From: the human T2T-CHM13v2.0 reference genome, Homo sapiens
Length of the DNA: 64,000 nucleotides
Reading direction: 5' to 3' (one strand)
NCBI RefSeq assembly: GCF_009914755.1
Contig: NC_060933.1
In this document: piece after piece, positions 1 to 16,492 of the stretch
Layout: each line of letters starts with the position of its first letter
How positions within the stretch are numbered: the stretch's first letter is position 1
The notes under the pieces: model-generated
What the model was told of the DNA's origin: nothing
What the model saw: only the letters and a program-made list of their open reading frames with translations
Databases searched by the model: none
Made by a program: the position numbers and the translations under genes

Positions 1-969
1 TGATGCGTGGCTAAAGAAAAAAACAAACTCTTCTACAGTTGTACTTGAAAAATGAGACTATAATTAAACTGCACCCACACATGCAATTTTCAAAACTATT
101 CCTAAAAGGAAAAGTTCTCAAACACCACAGTATAGAGGAAAAGATCACTGAATCCTTGCACATTTGCTTTAAGTCTAGAAGTTCCCACCTACAAACTCAC
201 ACGGCTGGCTGGTATGGCCATCCAGGTTCCCTATCGCCCACCAGGCCAGCCACCTGGGCACCAAGAGTCAGTGCAACATGCTAAGTGGTAGAAAGTCACC
301 TACTATGGCAGGGCACTGTCACCATCAGAAATGAGTCACACAGGCCTGAGTGACCAGGCACCAGGGCCTGAGTATGGCTCTTTAATATCTACTATCTCCT
401 TCAGGCCTCACAATGATCCTATGAGCACGGTGTTAGTACCTCTGTTTTAAAGCAAAGAAGTGGAAATCCAGGAGGTTTAATGTTTCAACTCTCCCTTTGT
501 CTGATCACACTCTCCCTTACTTTACTACATTTTATAGTTAAGCAAGACAGATGGAGATATCCTTATAGCTACTTCAATCACAAACCTATGCCTCTTGGTT
601 ACATCCTGGCCAAAAATGGCATGGTATTTTGGCTTCTTGAAAGGTAGATAGAGGTTGACAGGCCTTCATCAGTGGATGCTCTCAAGACTCCACATTTCTG
701 TCCTCTACAATCCTCTTCAAGGGGGAAATCCAAACCTGACTGAGTCAGAGTTCCAGACCTTTACTGGAAGAACCAGCTTGTAAGACCATCCCTAATGGGC
801 AGGGACAACTGTGTGTTAAAAGAACAGCTTAGTCAACATTTTTCATCTCATACCTGCACTGGGCTGCTTACCAACATTCAGCAGATAAGACTAACCCTGC
901 AGACCCTGAGAATGGACCATCAGTGCCAGCCCAGCCTTCCAAAAAGCTTAGGACTTATTCAGGTACTAG

Positions 970-1312
<343 letters not shown>

Positions 1313-2508
1313 ACATTCACATTGTTCTTTAGTTGTATATCTTCCTCAGGAACTTCACAGGGTGGGGACCCTTGGTTTGGGGCAGGCTTTAAGCATTCCG
1401 GGTCTCCAGATCTTAGACCCATCAAAAACCTCTCCTCCATTCCTAACCAAACTCATGACCACACCAGGATGTGCCCTGATGCCACCAGCAGCATGAGTTT
1501 CCCCATCAAATAACAGACCCTCGAGGAGCTTGCAACAACTCAACAACAACTGTATTCCACCCGTTCCCCTATTATTATAACAGAATTCTTTAAAACCAAG
1601 TGACAAATAGTTACTGTAGGATTCACAGGGAGATCACAACAACTAATGCATTGAATTTCTGGGTGGAAACTGCCCTCACACAGGTAACAGGGTACCATCT
1701 GTCTGGCTATTCAAAAGCTTAGGATGCATGTCATGAAAATGCTGCTCCCATCTCTCAGGCAAATCTTGTTGCTACACCTAAGAGATGTGTAGTGTGAGAC
1801 AATAGGAGGACTTCATCTTTTCAAATAAAAAACATCTAGTTATCCCATCCATAACTGAACAAGCAAGAGAAGACTATTATGCCAGACAAACTTACAACTG
1901 GTTGACCCAACTTCACTTTCCTCTCTGCACTGATCCATTCTGTACAGTGCTTAAGAAGCCACTTTTGAAACAGTACTTCCGAGCTCAAAATCCATCAGTC
2001 CTACAGAGTTAACTTCAAATGTCACAGCCTGGCATCTCCTACATGACCCAGATGTTTCTTCCTTTCCACCTCTCTAGTAATTGGTAGAAACTAATTCTAT
2101 TTTAATATTTACAGTGCTCCACTCAGGTTCCTGTGCCAGACACTGAGGATACAGAGATGAATGAGGAGCCACCCTATCCTCAGTGAGTTCACCTGAGTGG
2201 AAAGGGTGGACCCAAAAGACAACTGCACTACACACTGTGATAAGGGGCCGCAACAGATGCTGTGGGAAGGCACACAGAGGAGACAAACAGAATCTGGCCT
2301 GGACCATCAAGGAACATTTCGGGGAGGTGGCAATGGAGCCATATCTTTGATGGAGGGAAGAACTGCTTTATAAAGATGGGAAGACACTTAAGGGACTCTG
2401 GGGAGGGCAGTTCCAGGGATTCTTAGGAGGAAAAACCCTCCATTTTCTCTGAAAGCCTGCATCACTCTGTTAACCATGACATGCATGCCCCATTATTATT
2501 GTTGCCAC

Positions 2509-3390
2509 TGTAAGCCAAAAAGTATATGAGACAGATCTCAACCAGTTTTGGAGTTTATTTTGCCAAGGTTATGGATCATGACAGGTGACACAGCCCCAGG
2601 AGGTCCTGAGAACATGTGCCCAAAGTGACTGGGTTACAGCTTGGTTTTATATGTTTTAGGGAGACAAAAGATATCAATCAACATATGTGAGGTATACACT
2701 GGTCTGGTCCGGAAAGGCAGGACAACTCAAAGTGGGTGGCGGGCTTCCAGGTCATTGGTGGATTCAAACATTTTTCTGATTGGCACTTGGTTGAAAGAGT
2801 TATTATCTAAAGACCTGGAATTAATAGAAAGGAGTGTCTGAGTTAAGCTAAGGGGTTACAGAGACCAAGGCTTTTCTTATGTGGATGAAGTCCCAGAGGT
2901 GGCCATCCTCAGAGGCAAATATTTCCTATTCAGATCGTTAAAAGGTGCTGGACTCTCAGCCAATCTCTTCAGGATCAGAAAAGGAGAAAGGGAAGGGGAT
3001 TCTCTATAGAATGTAAGTGTTCCCTACAAGAGACAGCATTTCAGGGCCATTTCAAAACATGTCAAAGAAATATATTTTGGGGTACAATACTTTGATTTCT
3101 TTCAGAGCCCTGCAATCTGTCATGTGATGCTATAATGGAGTCAGGTTAGAATTTGGTTTCTTATTGCTACAGAGTCTGTTCAGTCAGCCTAAGGATCTCT
3201 ATTTTAGTGTTAATACTGGTCAGCTGTGTGCCAGCTCCAAAGGGAGGAGAGTATAATGAGGCATGTCTGACCGCCCCCCACTTTCCCATCATGGTCTGAA
3301 CTAGTTTTTAAGGTTTTGTTGGGTTCCCTTAGCTGAGGGAAGGGTCCCCTCACCTAGCTGTAGGATTTACAATTTTAATTTTGGTTGATG
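2509..3390 (-). mobile_element. MER4-family (ERV1) solo LTR, sense to the host gene
   Basis: The minus strand begins ...AACCAAAATTAAAATT...GGACCCTTCCCTCAGC...AAAAACTAGTTCAGACCATGATGGGAA, typical of MER4 LTRs, and ends ...GGCTTACA. AATAAA at 2554-2559 (minus). Confidence 0.7.
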
Positions 3391-3492
3391 TATCTTCCTG
3401 AGCTCCCCCTATTTGTCAAGGCAGGACACCCTTCAAATCAGGAGTGTCTATTGGGTTTTTTGTTTGGCCAGAAATTTAAAAATGAGAGAAAT

Positions 3493-3690
3493 CAGGGGTG
3501 TCCAATCTTTTGGCTTCCCTGGGCCACTCTGTGTCTTGGACCACACATAAAATACACTAACAATAGCCAATGAGCTTAAAAAACAAAAAAATCCATAATG
3601 TTTTAAGAAAGTTTACAAATTTGCATTGTGCCACATTCAATGCCGTCCTGGGCTGCATGCAGCCCATGGGCCACGGATTGGACAAGCTTA
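3493..3690. mobile_element. MER30 hAT-Charlie DNA transposon remnant
   Basis: Starts CAGGGGTGTCCAATCTTTTGGCTTCCCTGGGCCAC and ends ...GGATTGGACAAGCT, matching recalled MER30 termini. Confidence 0.8.
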
Positions 3691-4104
3691 AATAATGTCA
3701 TTTCATTCTCACAAACATCTCTATAAGACAGGTACTGCTCTCCCCCATAGAGGAAATCTGGCCCTTCAAAGGATAAATGACCCACAAAGCTGGGATCTGA
3801 ACTCCAGTCTGTCTGACTCCAAAGGTCTTGTTCTTTCTAACCCAACACCCTTGCAACAGCCTCTATCACAAACTCAGATGTGAATATCAAGTGCAAGCTA
3901 TAAACAAACCGGGGGTGGGAGGGGGTGGAAAGAATAAATTTTGCTTCCACTTCAGGTGAACAAAGAAAGATTCCTGGAGGATAGGCAGAATTTCTCTAAT
4001 TTCTCTAAGTGGAAAGGGAGTAGAAGTCTTACAGAAAAAAATAATGGTTTGAACGGAATCATGGAAGAGGGGAAATGCAAGGCCTGGCCCACAGAAATGT
4101 TTGA

Positions 4105-7591
<3,487 letters not shown>

Positions 7592-10189
7592 AGAAATGTT
7601 TGACCAGTTAATCCAATTTGATAGGAGTGTGAAAAGCACGATATCATGGTGGTTAGGAGGGTAGACTGTGAAAGTGAACTACATGGACTCAAATTCAGAC
7701 TCTGTCACTTCCTGTCTGACTTAGACCAAGTGAATGAACCTCTCCGTTCCTCACTTGTTAATAAATGAGGATAATAAATAATACTTCCTCTTAGGCTGAG
7801 AACAATGCCTGGCATATTGCAAGCACCCAATAAAGATCAGTCTTTCTCACTTCCTCATTGTTTCTCCTTCAACTTCTTCATATCATCATCATCATCAGAG
7901 GGTGGTGGGCTGGCAAAGGCCCCTGGCAAAGGCCCCCTCCAGACTGTGGAAGGCCTTGAGAAGAAACCAATGTTTCAGGTTCACTTCTTTCAGCAGAGAA
8001 CTAAGGCAAAGGATTCCAGGAGCTATCTTTGTTCATGTGGTGAGCTCACTGATCAAACTGTCTTCTTTGTACCTTTCCCAGTGTCAAACACAGCTTACTC
8101 AAAAATACCTACAGACAAAATACCACCTGCCTTATTCATACAACTGCTCTTGGGAGGCACCAAGAACAAGGATACAGTGGAAACTCTGGCTGCAACACCA
8201 GTTCCTGATCTATTTTGATCCCAGCCCTCTTGGGAATCTAAGTTATAGACCCTCACCCCAGAAAAATGTACATTGCAGGTTTCCAGATCCCTAGTGGAAT
8301 CCCTAGTTTAATGGAGCCAAGGGAGAGTCCCCTTATAAGCATTAAGAAACAACGCTACCATCCTACTTCTTGGAGCCTACCAACCAAACATTATTAAAGA
8401 AATAGCAAGGATATGCACAAAGATTCCAGTACAGTGTTCTTTATAATAGCCCCAAAATGGGAACAATCTGAATGTTCATCTAATGGGGAATTATTAAATA
8501 AATTATGGTACATTTATACAAAAGAATGCCCTGCAGCCACTAAAACTTACAATGTATACTTATTATCTATAACTGAACAAAGGGAGAGGATGCAAACAGT
8601 CCCATTTCCATAAAAAATACACATATGAATAAAAAAGGTCTGGGCATATATACTCCAGGGTATTCACACTTTGTTGTGTGATGCAACTATAGGAGTATTT
8701 GCTTATCTTTTATTCCACAGTAAACATGTATTGCTTTGTATTAATTTTTTTAAAGGCTATATTTAAATTTTTAAGAACTCATGCTATATGACTGCCTCGA
8801 ATATAAAACTGTTTTATGATAAGCTTGTTTCATAATTCAAGAGCCAGACCCCTTATATGAATCCAAGAAAGAGCTACCTCTGTGTTACATTTTAGTCCCC
8901 AAGAAAAGGAGCTGTGGTGAGGTTTCTGGGACTTTTATGCTTTTTGTAGGAGAAAATCAAGTTCTATGTTTGTGTTATCTGCTAAGTCTAAAATGCTTCG
9001 TCTGCCTGCAGAACCCACAAAGAATAAGTAGGCTCTCCTTGGGTGTGTCAAGGTAAATAACTAAAAAATAAACCAAGGGGAGTGGCTAGATGAAGGAAGG
9101 AGGGCAGCTGGTGCCAGAGGCACCCACTCTCAGCTCTCCACTTCCTAGGGCCTAGAGTGAGAGCCTTCAAGAAGAGGCCGACAGAAAATGACTTGGGCCT
9201 GGAAGATACGGCTTTATCATGAGGACCCAGATAGTTCTCCACTAATAAAATGAAAACTAGCTTATTTAGAATACCCTTAGCTACAAGGAAGTAGGTTTTC
9301 ATAAAGCTGGGAAAAGTCAGGTACTCCTATATACCCTGGTCCTCAAAAGTCCTGGGAACCGGTATTAGCAAAACCAGTCTACAGCAGGTCTAAGCTGCTG
9401 GGCCCTTCGCAAAAGCTGGGGGAAAACATTCACTAGGCCCAGATGGGTAAACTATCCCATGTTCTATCCTGGAATTAAATGAACTATGTGGGCCATCATA
9501 AACCATCTATTTTGTACATATGAAGACAAGAGGAACAGAGTTAAATCCTGGTTCCGCCAAGTCAGTTGTGACTTTGAACAACAAACTCTTATTTGTTAAG
9601 TCTAAGTTCCTCACCTGAAAAACAGGCTGTTCTGAGGATTAAGCCCCAACTCACAGCAAGTACAAATACTAATAAGCACTCAGTACGTAAGAACCATGCA
9701 CCCAGCACTGAGCCAAGCAAGGCTTCACATCCATAATTTAATTCTTACAAAGGCTCCACCAATTAGGTATTAGAATGCTAAGTTTACAGGTGAAAGAAGA
9801 AACTGAGGCAAGGAATTAAGTAAATTTCCCAAGGTACACAGCTTACGAGTGGGAAACCAGAGCTCTAATCTGGCCAGCCCAGCTCCAATGACTGCATTCT
9901 TCACTACTAGGCCCATTTATTTAAATATGTAAGGTTATTTCTCTATGCCTCAGTTCATCATCTATAAAACTGAACTAATACATTGTGCTTCCAAGGTCAT
10001 TGTGAAGTTTAAATCAAATAACCTATATGATACCAACTATAATACAAGTAGCTCTAGTAGGAAAAGTTTTTTGTCCAGAGACCTGATTTAAAATCCCAGC
10101 TCTGCCATTCACTCCACAAATGGTCACAGATGAGTTGCTTACTCTCACTGGGCCACACTCTCCACAGCTGTAACACTAGATTCACTGAC

Positions 10190-11240
10190 TCACTCACTCA
10201 TTTATTCATTCTCTCAAAATATGTGTTACGTGTCCACCATACATCAAACGTTATCTATATCCTAGCACTACAGCAACAAACACAACAGACAAGATCCATG
10301 CACCCTTGTAGGGCTTACTTTCTACAGGGAAGGCAGAATAAAAAACATATAACATGCAAGATGGTTAAGATGGTTACGGGTAGTAAACACATAACATGCG
10401 AGATGGTTGTGGGTAGAACCGAGGAAAATAACACAGGGTAAGGGAAAAAGGGAATGTCAGTGATAGGCAGGGGTGCCTTGCTATTTCATAAAGAGCTGTC
10501 AAAGAGCACCTCGTTAATATGATGACATTTGAGACAAGGCCTGAAGGGATCAGGGACACCAGACAGAAGAGAAAGTGCAAAGCCCCTGAAGGAGGAGCTG
10601 GCCTGGGCATGCTAGAAAAACTGCAGGGTCAGTAGCTGGGGAGGGGAAGCAGGAGAGGGTGGGGCGGCAGAAGTAAGGAGAGAGTGCAGCCAGGGCGATG
10701 GTACAGGGCTTTGCAGGCCCTTATCTGGACTTTTACACTGAATGAAAAGGAAAGGCTTTGATTTGGGGGCAGAGATGGGACATGATCTGACTTACATTTT
10801 TAAAAGATCACTGATTATTGTGTGGAAAATGCACTACAGTGAGACAAGGATGGAAGCCCAGAGGCCAAACAGGAGAGGCCTGCAGCATCCAGGTGAGAGA
10901 AGAGAGGCGAGCTGAAGCGGTGGCAGCAATAATTGGTGGTGAGGACTGGTCAGGGATGGAAGACGTGCAGAAGGCGGGGCTGCACAGAGGCAGCCAGGGA
11001 GGGAGAGGAGAACTGAACTCTCAGTGGCATCGTCTGGAAGCCAAGTCAGCCAAGGAGGGAGGGATCAACACGTCAAATACTGCTGCAGTCTGAGCAAGAT
11101 GAAGACTGAAAACTGATCCTTGGATTTGGCAAAGTGGAAGTTGTTAGTGTCAGGCAAACTGTTTCAGTGGAGGGGTTGAGATAACTCAGAGTCCAGTCCC
11201 AATGGGTTTAAGAGAGAAAGGGGAATGGAAAGCAATACTA
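10190..11240 (-). mobile_element. L2 LINE fragment (approximate bounds)
   Basis: TCATTCATT-type L2 terminus followed by the purine-rich antisense L2 body (GACATTTGAG..., TTGGATTTGGCA...). Confidence 0.55.
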
Positions 11241-11289
11241 CTGGAGATAAGGGAAAAGGAGAAAAATAATGACTTCACACAGCAATTTA

Positions 11290-11782
11290 AAAGGATACAG
11301 TTTTGACTCTGGAATCATGCTAATGTTATACATATTCAAAAAATTAAATCAATAAAAATAGGGTAGAAAACTCTAAAATTGAATACAAATAAAAACAAAT
11401 GAATCTAATTGTGTTTCAAATGACTAACCCAACAACAGCTGTACAAAGAATGAAACCAAACAACTTTTAAATTCAAGAACATACTATAATGTATTTTTAG
11501 CCTAAAAACAAAGAGAACTACTTTAATAAACAAATCTTAAACTCTTCCAGTGGGTTTGTTTTTCACAGTGGAAAGGGTGGAGTAATTCTGGAACTATGTG
11601 TATATATTACAGAACTGAGTAAATCAGCAGATATGGTGATGTTGTCAGAGCCAGGGTTCTTAGTGTTGGAGAAGGGAAGTAAAAATGTGGAAGCGGGAAA
11701 AACAGGAAAGAACCCAGTGAGTCTGGACTGGAATTAAAGGCACCATTGTGAAGTAATGATTTTTTTAAAAAATAAATTACAC

Positions 11783-11822
<40 letters not shown>

Positions 11823-13100
11823 CTGCTAAAGGGCCTAGACACAATGATACCCTCGTAGCAATGAACACACCTAGCACCAAATCTTGGTGGTTAAATATCA
11901 TTCCTCACTAAAAGGAATCAAGGCTCTTGGAGAAATGGCTCATTCAGGGCAGAAGCAGTACAGGATGAGCATGGAAAATCTATTTTGTCCCAGAAAGTAA
12001 GGACGTACTCCCAAAAAGATGGAGACATGTCAAAAGAAACTGCCACTTACCAAATCTGGGACAATATAATATGAATGTCAGAATGGATAATAGTCCATTG
12101 AATAAAATAAGAATCTTTAAGCCCACACTGATCATAAACAAACAAGAAATATAGTAATAAAAGGAATTAATAGAGAATGCATTCTTCTAGTACATGCCAC
12201 CTAATATAAATGAAGAAGGAATGTGATTAAAAAATGTTAGTGTTAGAAAAAAACTGTCATAGGAACATTTGACTCAGACAAGAATCATCAATATATGGTA
12301 AAACTCATGGTAGAAGTTTGAAGAGGAAGAGAATACTTACAGAATAACAAAGTATCTTCTACAAATTATTCATTACACAGGTTAATATAATTTACACTGG
12401 AGAAAACTGACAGACATTACCTTAAGGAAGTGATCAAAGTTAATATCACCAAAAACGGGATTAATATTGTGTGCCTCCTTAAGAAAACACCATAAGAACA
12501 AAATAATCTCTTATGCAGCATTCCTGCCAAAACTGCATAGCCAATCTAATCTAACCAATTTAATCTAATCATGAATTGAGTCTTGCGGAAAGAACAGATA
12601 ATCCCAAAGCGAGGGGCTAGCCTGAACTATTGAAGTATGTTCACATCACGAAAAGAAGAAAGGGTGAGGAACTACTCCGGATTAAAGGAGACGAGAGACA
12701 CATGACAACTAAATGTAACGTGGAGACTGGATCCCGGACCAGGATCAGGATCCAGAATAAACTGTCATAAAAGACATTATTGAATTAATTATAAAAATTC
12801 AAATATAGGCTGTATATTAGATAATAGTATATTAGACAACACCTTTTCTGATTGTGATAACAATACCATGGTTATGCACGAGAATTTCCTTGGTCTGAGG
12901 AACCACACCCTGAATTATCTAGGGAGAAAGGAACATCATAGCATCAATCCACTCTCATAGAGCTCAGAAAGATAATAATAGAGCGCGTGTGTGTACAGAC
13001 AGGGAAAGATAAAACAAATGTGGCAAATGCTAACAACTGATGAAGCTGGGTGCACAGTAAATGGGAGTTCTTTGCTGTAGTCTCAAAAAAAAATTATTTT
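11290..13100 (+). mobile_element. Ancient L1M (L1MC/MD-type) 3' region (approximate bounds)
   Basis: A-rich L1M 3'UTR motifs (CCAAATCTGGGACAAT, GTGATCAAAGTTAATATCACC, ATGACAACTAAATGTAA). Confidence 0.55.
11787..11820 (+). repeat. (CA)17 microsatellite
   Basis: Perfect AC dinucleotide run. Confidence 0.95.
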
Positions 13101-13612
13101 AAAAATTTTACCTAGCACATAGCAAAGGTTTCTTTCACCCTTCCTCTGGCCATCCTTAACTCTTCGATATACTTTTTAACTGATAAAAATTTTGCTTGGT
13201 TGACTGGATTTTTTGCTTGCCAACATTTAAAACACATGAGTTTTCACAAAAAAAAATAAATAAATAAAAAATCCCATCTTTTCTGGAAAATTTGTAAGAT
13301 GCAAGAACTGGCAACTACGTGACCACTGCTGAGTGAGAGGCAGTGCCTTCTGGCTGGCTTCACTCATGTACCTCACCAGCCCGGCCCCTGAGGCGTCTAA
13401 ACTGGACTCCTGGTTTGTAACAGTGCCGACCACAAGCCATGTGGAAGTGGTCACTGGGAGGAAGCAGCAGCCAGTGTGGTTCTGCTGTCACCTCATCAAG
13501 GCAGAGGGGTGAAAGATAACTAAGGCCAAGGAGTTAGCTCCTCCTGTGCCCCTCCAAGAAGTCCTGGGTCAATTACTGATGTCTTAAGACTCGCGTACCT
13601 CACCCTACCTAC

Positions 13613-13845
13613 CGTTGAGAAATAGCTTTTCCAATTTCTCCAGCAGCTCAGCACATTGATTCAGCTGTTCCTGGAAACCCTCGGCCACACAGTAATCCAC
13701 ATCACTGGCCTGCAGCAACTCCTCAAATGCCTTAATCATGGTGTTCATGTGTTGACGGGAGATGACACAGATGCCATGGCCATCCTTAATCTGCTGCCGT
13801 TGAAGGGAGAGCTCCCTGGCTTGGGACTGAACTAATGAATCGTAT
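13613..13845 (-). CDS. CDK5RAP2: CDK5RAP2 coding exon (~exon 25), 233 nt, phase 2/1: (R)YDSLVQSQARELS...LEKLFLN
   Basis: Acceptor ttttatcAG|ATA, donor ACG|GTAGGT; ORF 13605..13910. I did not find the next exon (GKSVGVEM...) in the window. Confidence 0.95.
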
Positions 13846-14763
13846 CTGATAAAAGAGGGGAAAGAAAATACTTGGACCATTTTAGAATTGAATTTTTGTG
13901 ACCTTAACACTAATTGGAAAAATGACAGAGTACAATTTTTAAAAGCCTGCAGCTGTACAAGTATATATACTTTTAGAAAAATTGAAACTGTACAAGGTCA
14001 GCTCTTCTTTGATTTCACACAGCCAACAAAGGCTGGAACAAAGATTCTTCTGCAACATTTTTAACCTTATAAAGCCCCCAATTAAAGTACAGATTGGCAA
14101 GAACTCAGGCAAACAATAAGTTTCCATACACTCTTCAAAAATACTATTCTGAATTGTAGAAACAAGTGCCCCAAGGGTCAGAGGATCTACCAAAAATTCT
14201 CATGAAGTGTGATAAAGAAAGTGTACCACAAAGAAAAAAAGACAGGACTCTCTCCTCCCGAACAAAACGTCACTGAATAATCATGATGCTAACTACCATT
14301 TACTGAGGGTCTAGGACCTGTCAGTAACTGAATTCAGTGCTTTATATGTTATCTGATCCTCTCAGTCTTCCAACAAATGTATAAATGTCCCCTTTTACAG
14401 AAGAATAAACTGACTGCAAAGCTAATTAAGTGGTAAAGATTTTGGATTCAAACACAATTCTCACTTTGAAGATCATTATGCAATATTACCTTTTTACCGT
14501 CATGTGCCACCTTTTCCTACGTGAGCCCATAAGAGAAAGACACTGAGAAGTAAACAGGTTAAGGGAAATGTGACTCATGTAAACTGGCCACAATAACCTT
14601 GCTCCAGAGAGTAGCTTGGCAAAGATGTTGACACTTCAGTTCAACATAATTTTCTCCTTCCTGGAAATGACAACACTACATGGGCTGGCAGTCACCTTCA
14701 ACATAGAGTGTGCACATGCAGATTACATGATACCAGCATTAAAGGTGGGGGCCAGTATCATGT

Positions 14764-14832
14764 GAGTACTGGAGTAACATGGGTAAACATGGGTAACTCA
14801 TGAGTAACATGAGTAAACATGGGTACTGGAGT
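14764..14832. repeat. Degenerate 9-11-bp tandem repeat (GTAA(A)CATGR)
   Basis: gtaacatgg|gtaaacatgg|gtaactcatga|gtaacatga|gtaaacatgg, bracketed by GTACTGGAGT twice. Confidence 0.8.
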
Positions 14833-15716
14833 GGGATGATGTGGGCTTGAACCCTGGCAATGGCTCTGACCAGCTCTGTGAATGTTCTCTGCCAAGTCAC
14901 TGCAGCTACTTTGAGGCTCAGTTTCCCTACCTGTAATAACTAGTTTAAGAATACCTCCTTCTCAGGTGATTTTGAGGATTAGATAAGAAAAGTGCCTAAC
15001 CAGGGGCCTGAGACAACAGCCTTTCAATAATTACAAGCTTCCTTCAATCTCACTGCTTGGGAAGTCTTGAAAAATTCATCCTGGCTCCTGACAATTCAGA
15101 ACAATGTGTTTGACTCAAATTAGTGACAAATGAAGGTCAACTTTACTAATGATCCCATTTTTGCCATATCTCATGAAGCAAAACCGTATATATCTATGCC
15201 CATAAAGCATTATCTTCATGACCTAAGAATTCTTCTCTTTCAACACAAGCTTATTTCTCTAAGATGACCTTAAAGGGTAAAGATATGGAAAATATTTATA
15301 TTCCTCCTACCTTGCCTAGACATCAGTTTTAGTTTCACAGCACAGCAAAAGCCAGTAACAGAGTCCAGGAGTACACACTGCAGTTCAGCAAAGGCACTAT
15401 CACTCACCAAGTGACTGGTATGAAACCTTTACCCTGAGCCCCCAACTTGAGGAGGGCGAAATCTGCCCTGCAGATTTCCAGAGGACCCAAGACTCGTAAC
15501 TGACGTTCAAGTGCGTGGTCGCTGTTCCTCTTCTTTGTGGCCTCACCTCTCCCTTCTCCACAGGACCTGGCTGCCTGAACCCCACCATCAAGCCTTCCCC
15601 AGAACACACTCTACCCATCACAGAGTAGTGTTCTCTTTTAGCTCATGGGCTCCCACCTAGTGGCAATACTGGGGGACTACAGGCTTAAACGGGGAGACGG
15701 CAGAGGTGGAACGTAC

Positions 15717-16290
15717 CTGGGAGGTGAGAGATCTCTGAACTTATTCTGCAGATTATGGATCTCACTGAAAAGTTGCATGTTCAAATTCTGCTCCTTCTGC
15801 AGCTTGTATTCCTGTTCCTCCAGCTGCTGTTTGAGGTTCTCCAGCACCCTGCTGTCAATCATCTCTGGGGCCAGCGGACCGAGGATTTTCACGTGTTTCA
15901 CGTATCGCACTTGGTGCAAACTTGAAAAGGTCATTTCTTCCCCATCAGAACCATTCTTGGGCTTGCTCAAGCCATCCTGGGCCCCTTCTGTCCCACACAA
16001 AACTGTAATTATGGCCTCACTGCACTGGGAGTGCTTTTGAAGCTGAAATATGAAATTCTGGTAGCCTTCCAGCTCAGTTTCCAAGTCATGGATTTTCTGT
16101 TTTAAGTATTCTGTCTCATTTGAGGTATTAATGCTCTCTGACTGATCAGTCCCCATCACACTGACTTTAGCAGAAGGCTGACTCTTGGAACTCAGGTAAG
16201 TAGCTACTGAAGTTGGGCTCAGAACATCTTCAGGATTTTCTTTGCATGATGGCAAGCTGGCAAGGTCATCAGGTGGGCAAATCTCAGAGT
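15717..16290 (-). CDS. CDK5RAP2: CDK5RAP2 coding exon (~exon 24), 574 nt, phase 1/2: (D)SEICPPDDLASLPSCKENPED...NKFRDLSPP
   Basis: Acceptor ttttcAG|ACT, donor CAG|GTACGT; ORF 15677..16255. Confidence 0.95.
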
Positions 16291-16388
16291 CTGAAAATCA
16301 AATACACTTATGTCAGTATCTCTTTTACTAAAATCCAAACCCTCTCTCCTTCCTCACAGCCCTAGCCAAGCCAAGACCACTGCAGTGA

Positions 16389-16492
16389 CCTAACAAGCCT
16401 CCCTCAAAAAGGCCCTAGTATTTCCTAACACACTTCCCTCAAAAAGCCTCCAGTCTTTCCTAACAAGCCTCCCTCAAAAAGCCCTAGTCTTT
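16389..16492. repeat. 35-bp minisatellite, 3 copies
   Basis: Units at 16389, 16424 and 16459: CCTAACAAGCCTCCCTCAAAAAG(G)CCCTAGTCTTT. Confidence 0.9.

Noticed and set aside
1-30. Acceptor-like GTTTGTTTTTTTCTTTAG on the minus strand at the window edge as the next CDK5RAP2 exon
   Set aside because: The following bases (CCACGCATCA) do not encode the expected continuation GKSVGVEM, and the downstream context is outside the window.
3911-3928. G-quadruplex-like G runs (also ~7418-7450, 47113-47136 and 60615-60635)
   Set aside because: Short or imperfect G tracts are common in human DNA and the L1 3'UTR; nothing ties them to a function here.
11290-13100. Apparent segmental duplication with 55330-56390 (shared CCAAATCTGGGA, CAAAGTTA motifs)
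   Set aside because: Both are independent copies of related ancient L1M 3' regions.
16389-16492. CRISPR-like repeat array (also 43864-43968 and 14764-14832)
   Set aside because: The units are directly adjacent with no unique spacers, there are no cas genes, and the context is a human intron; these are ordinary minisatellites.
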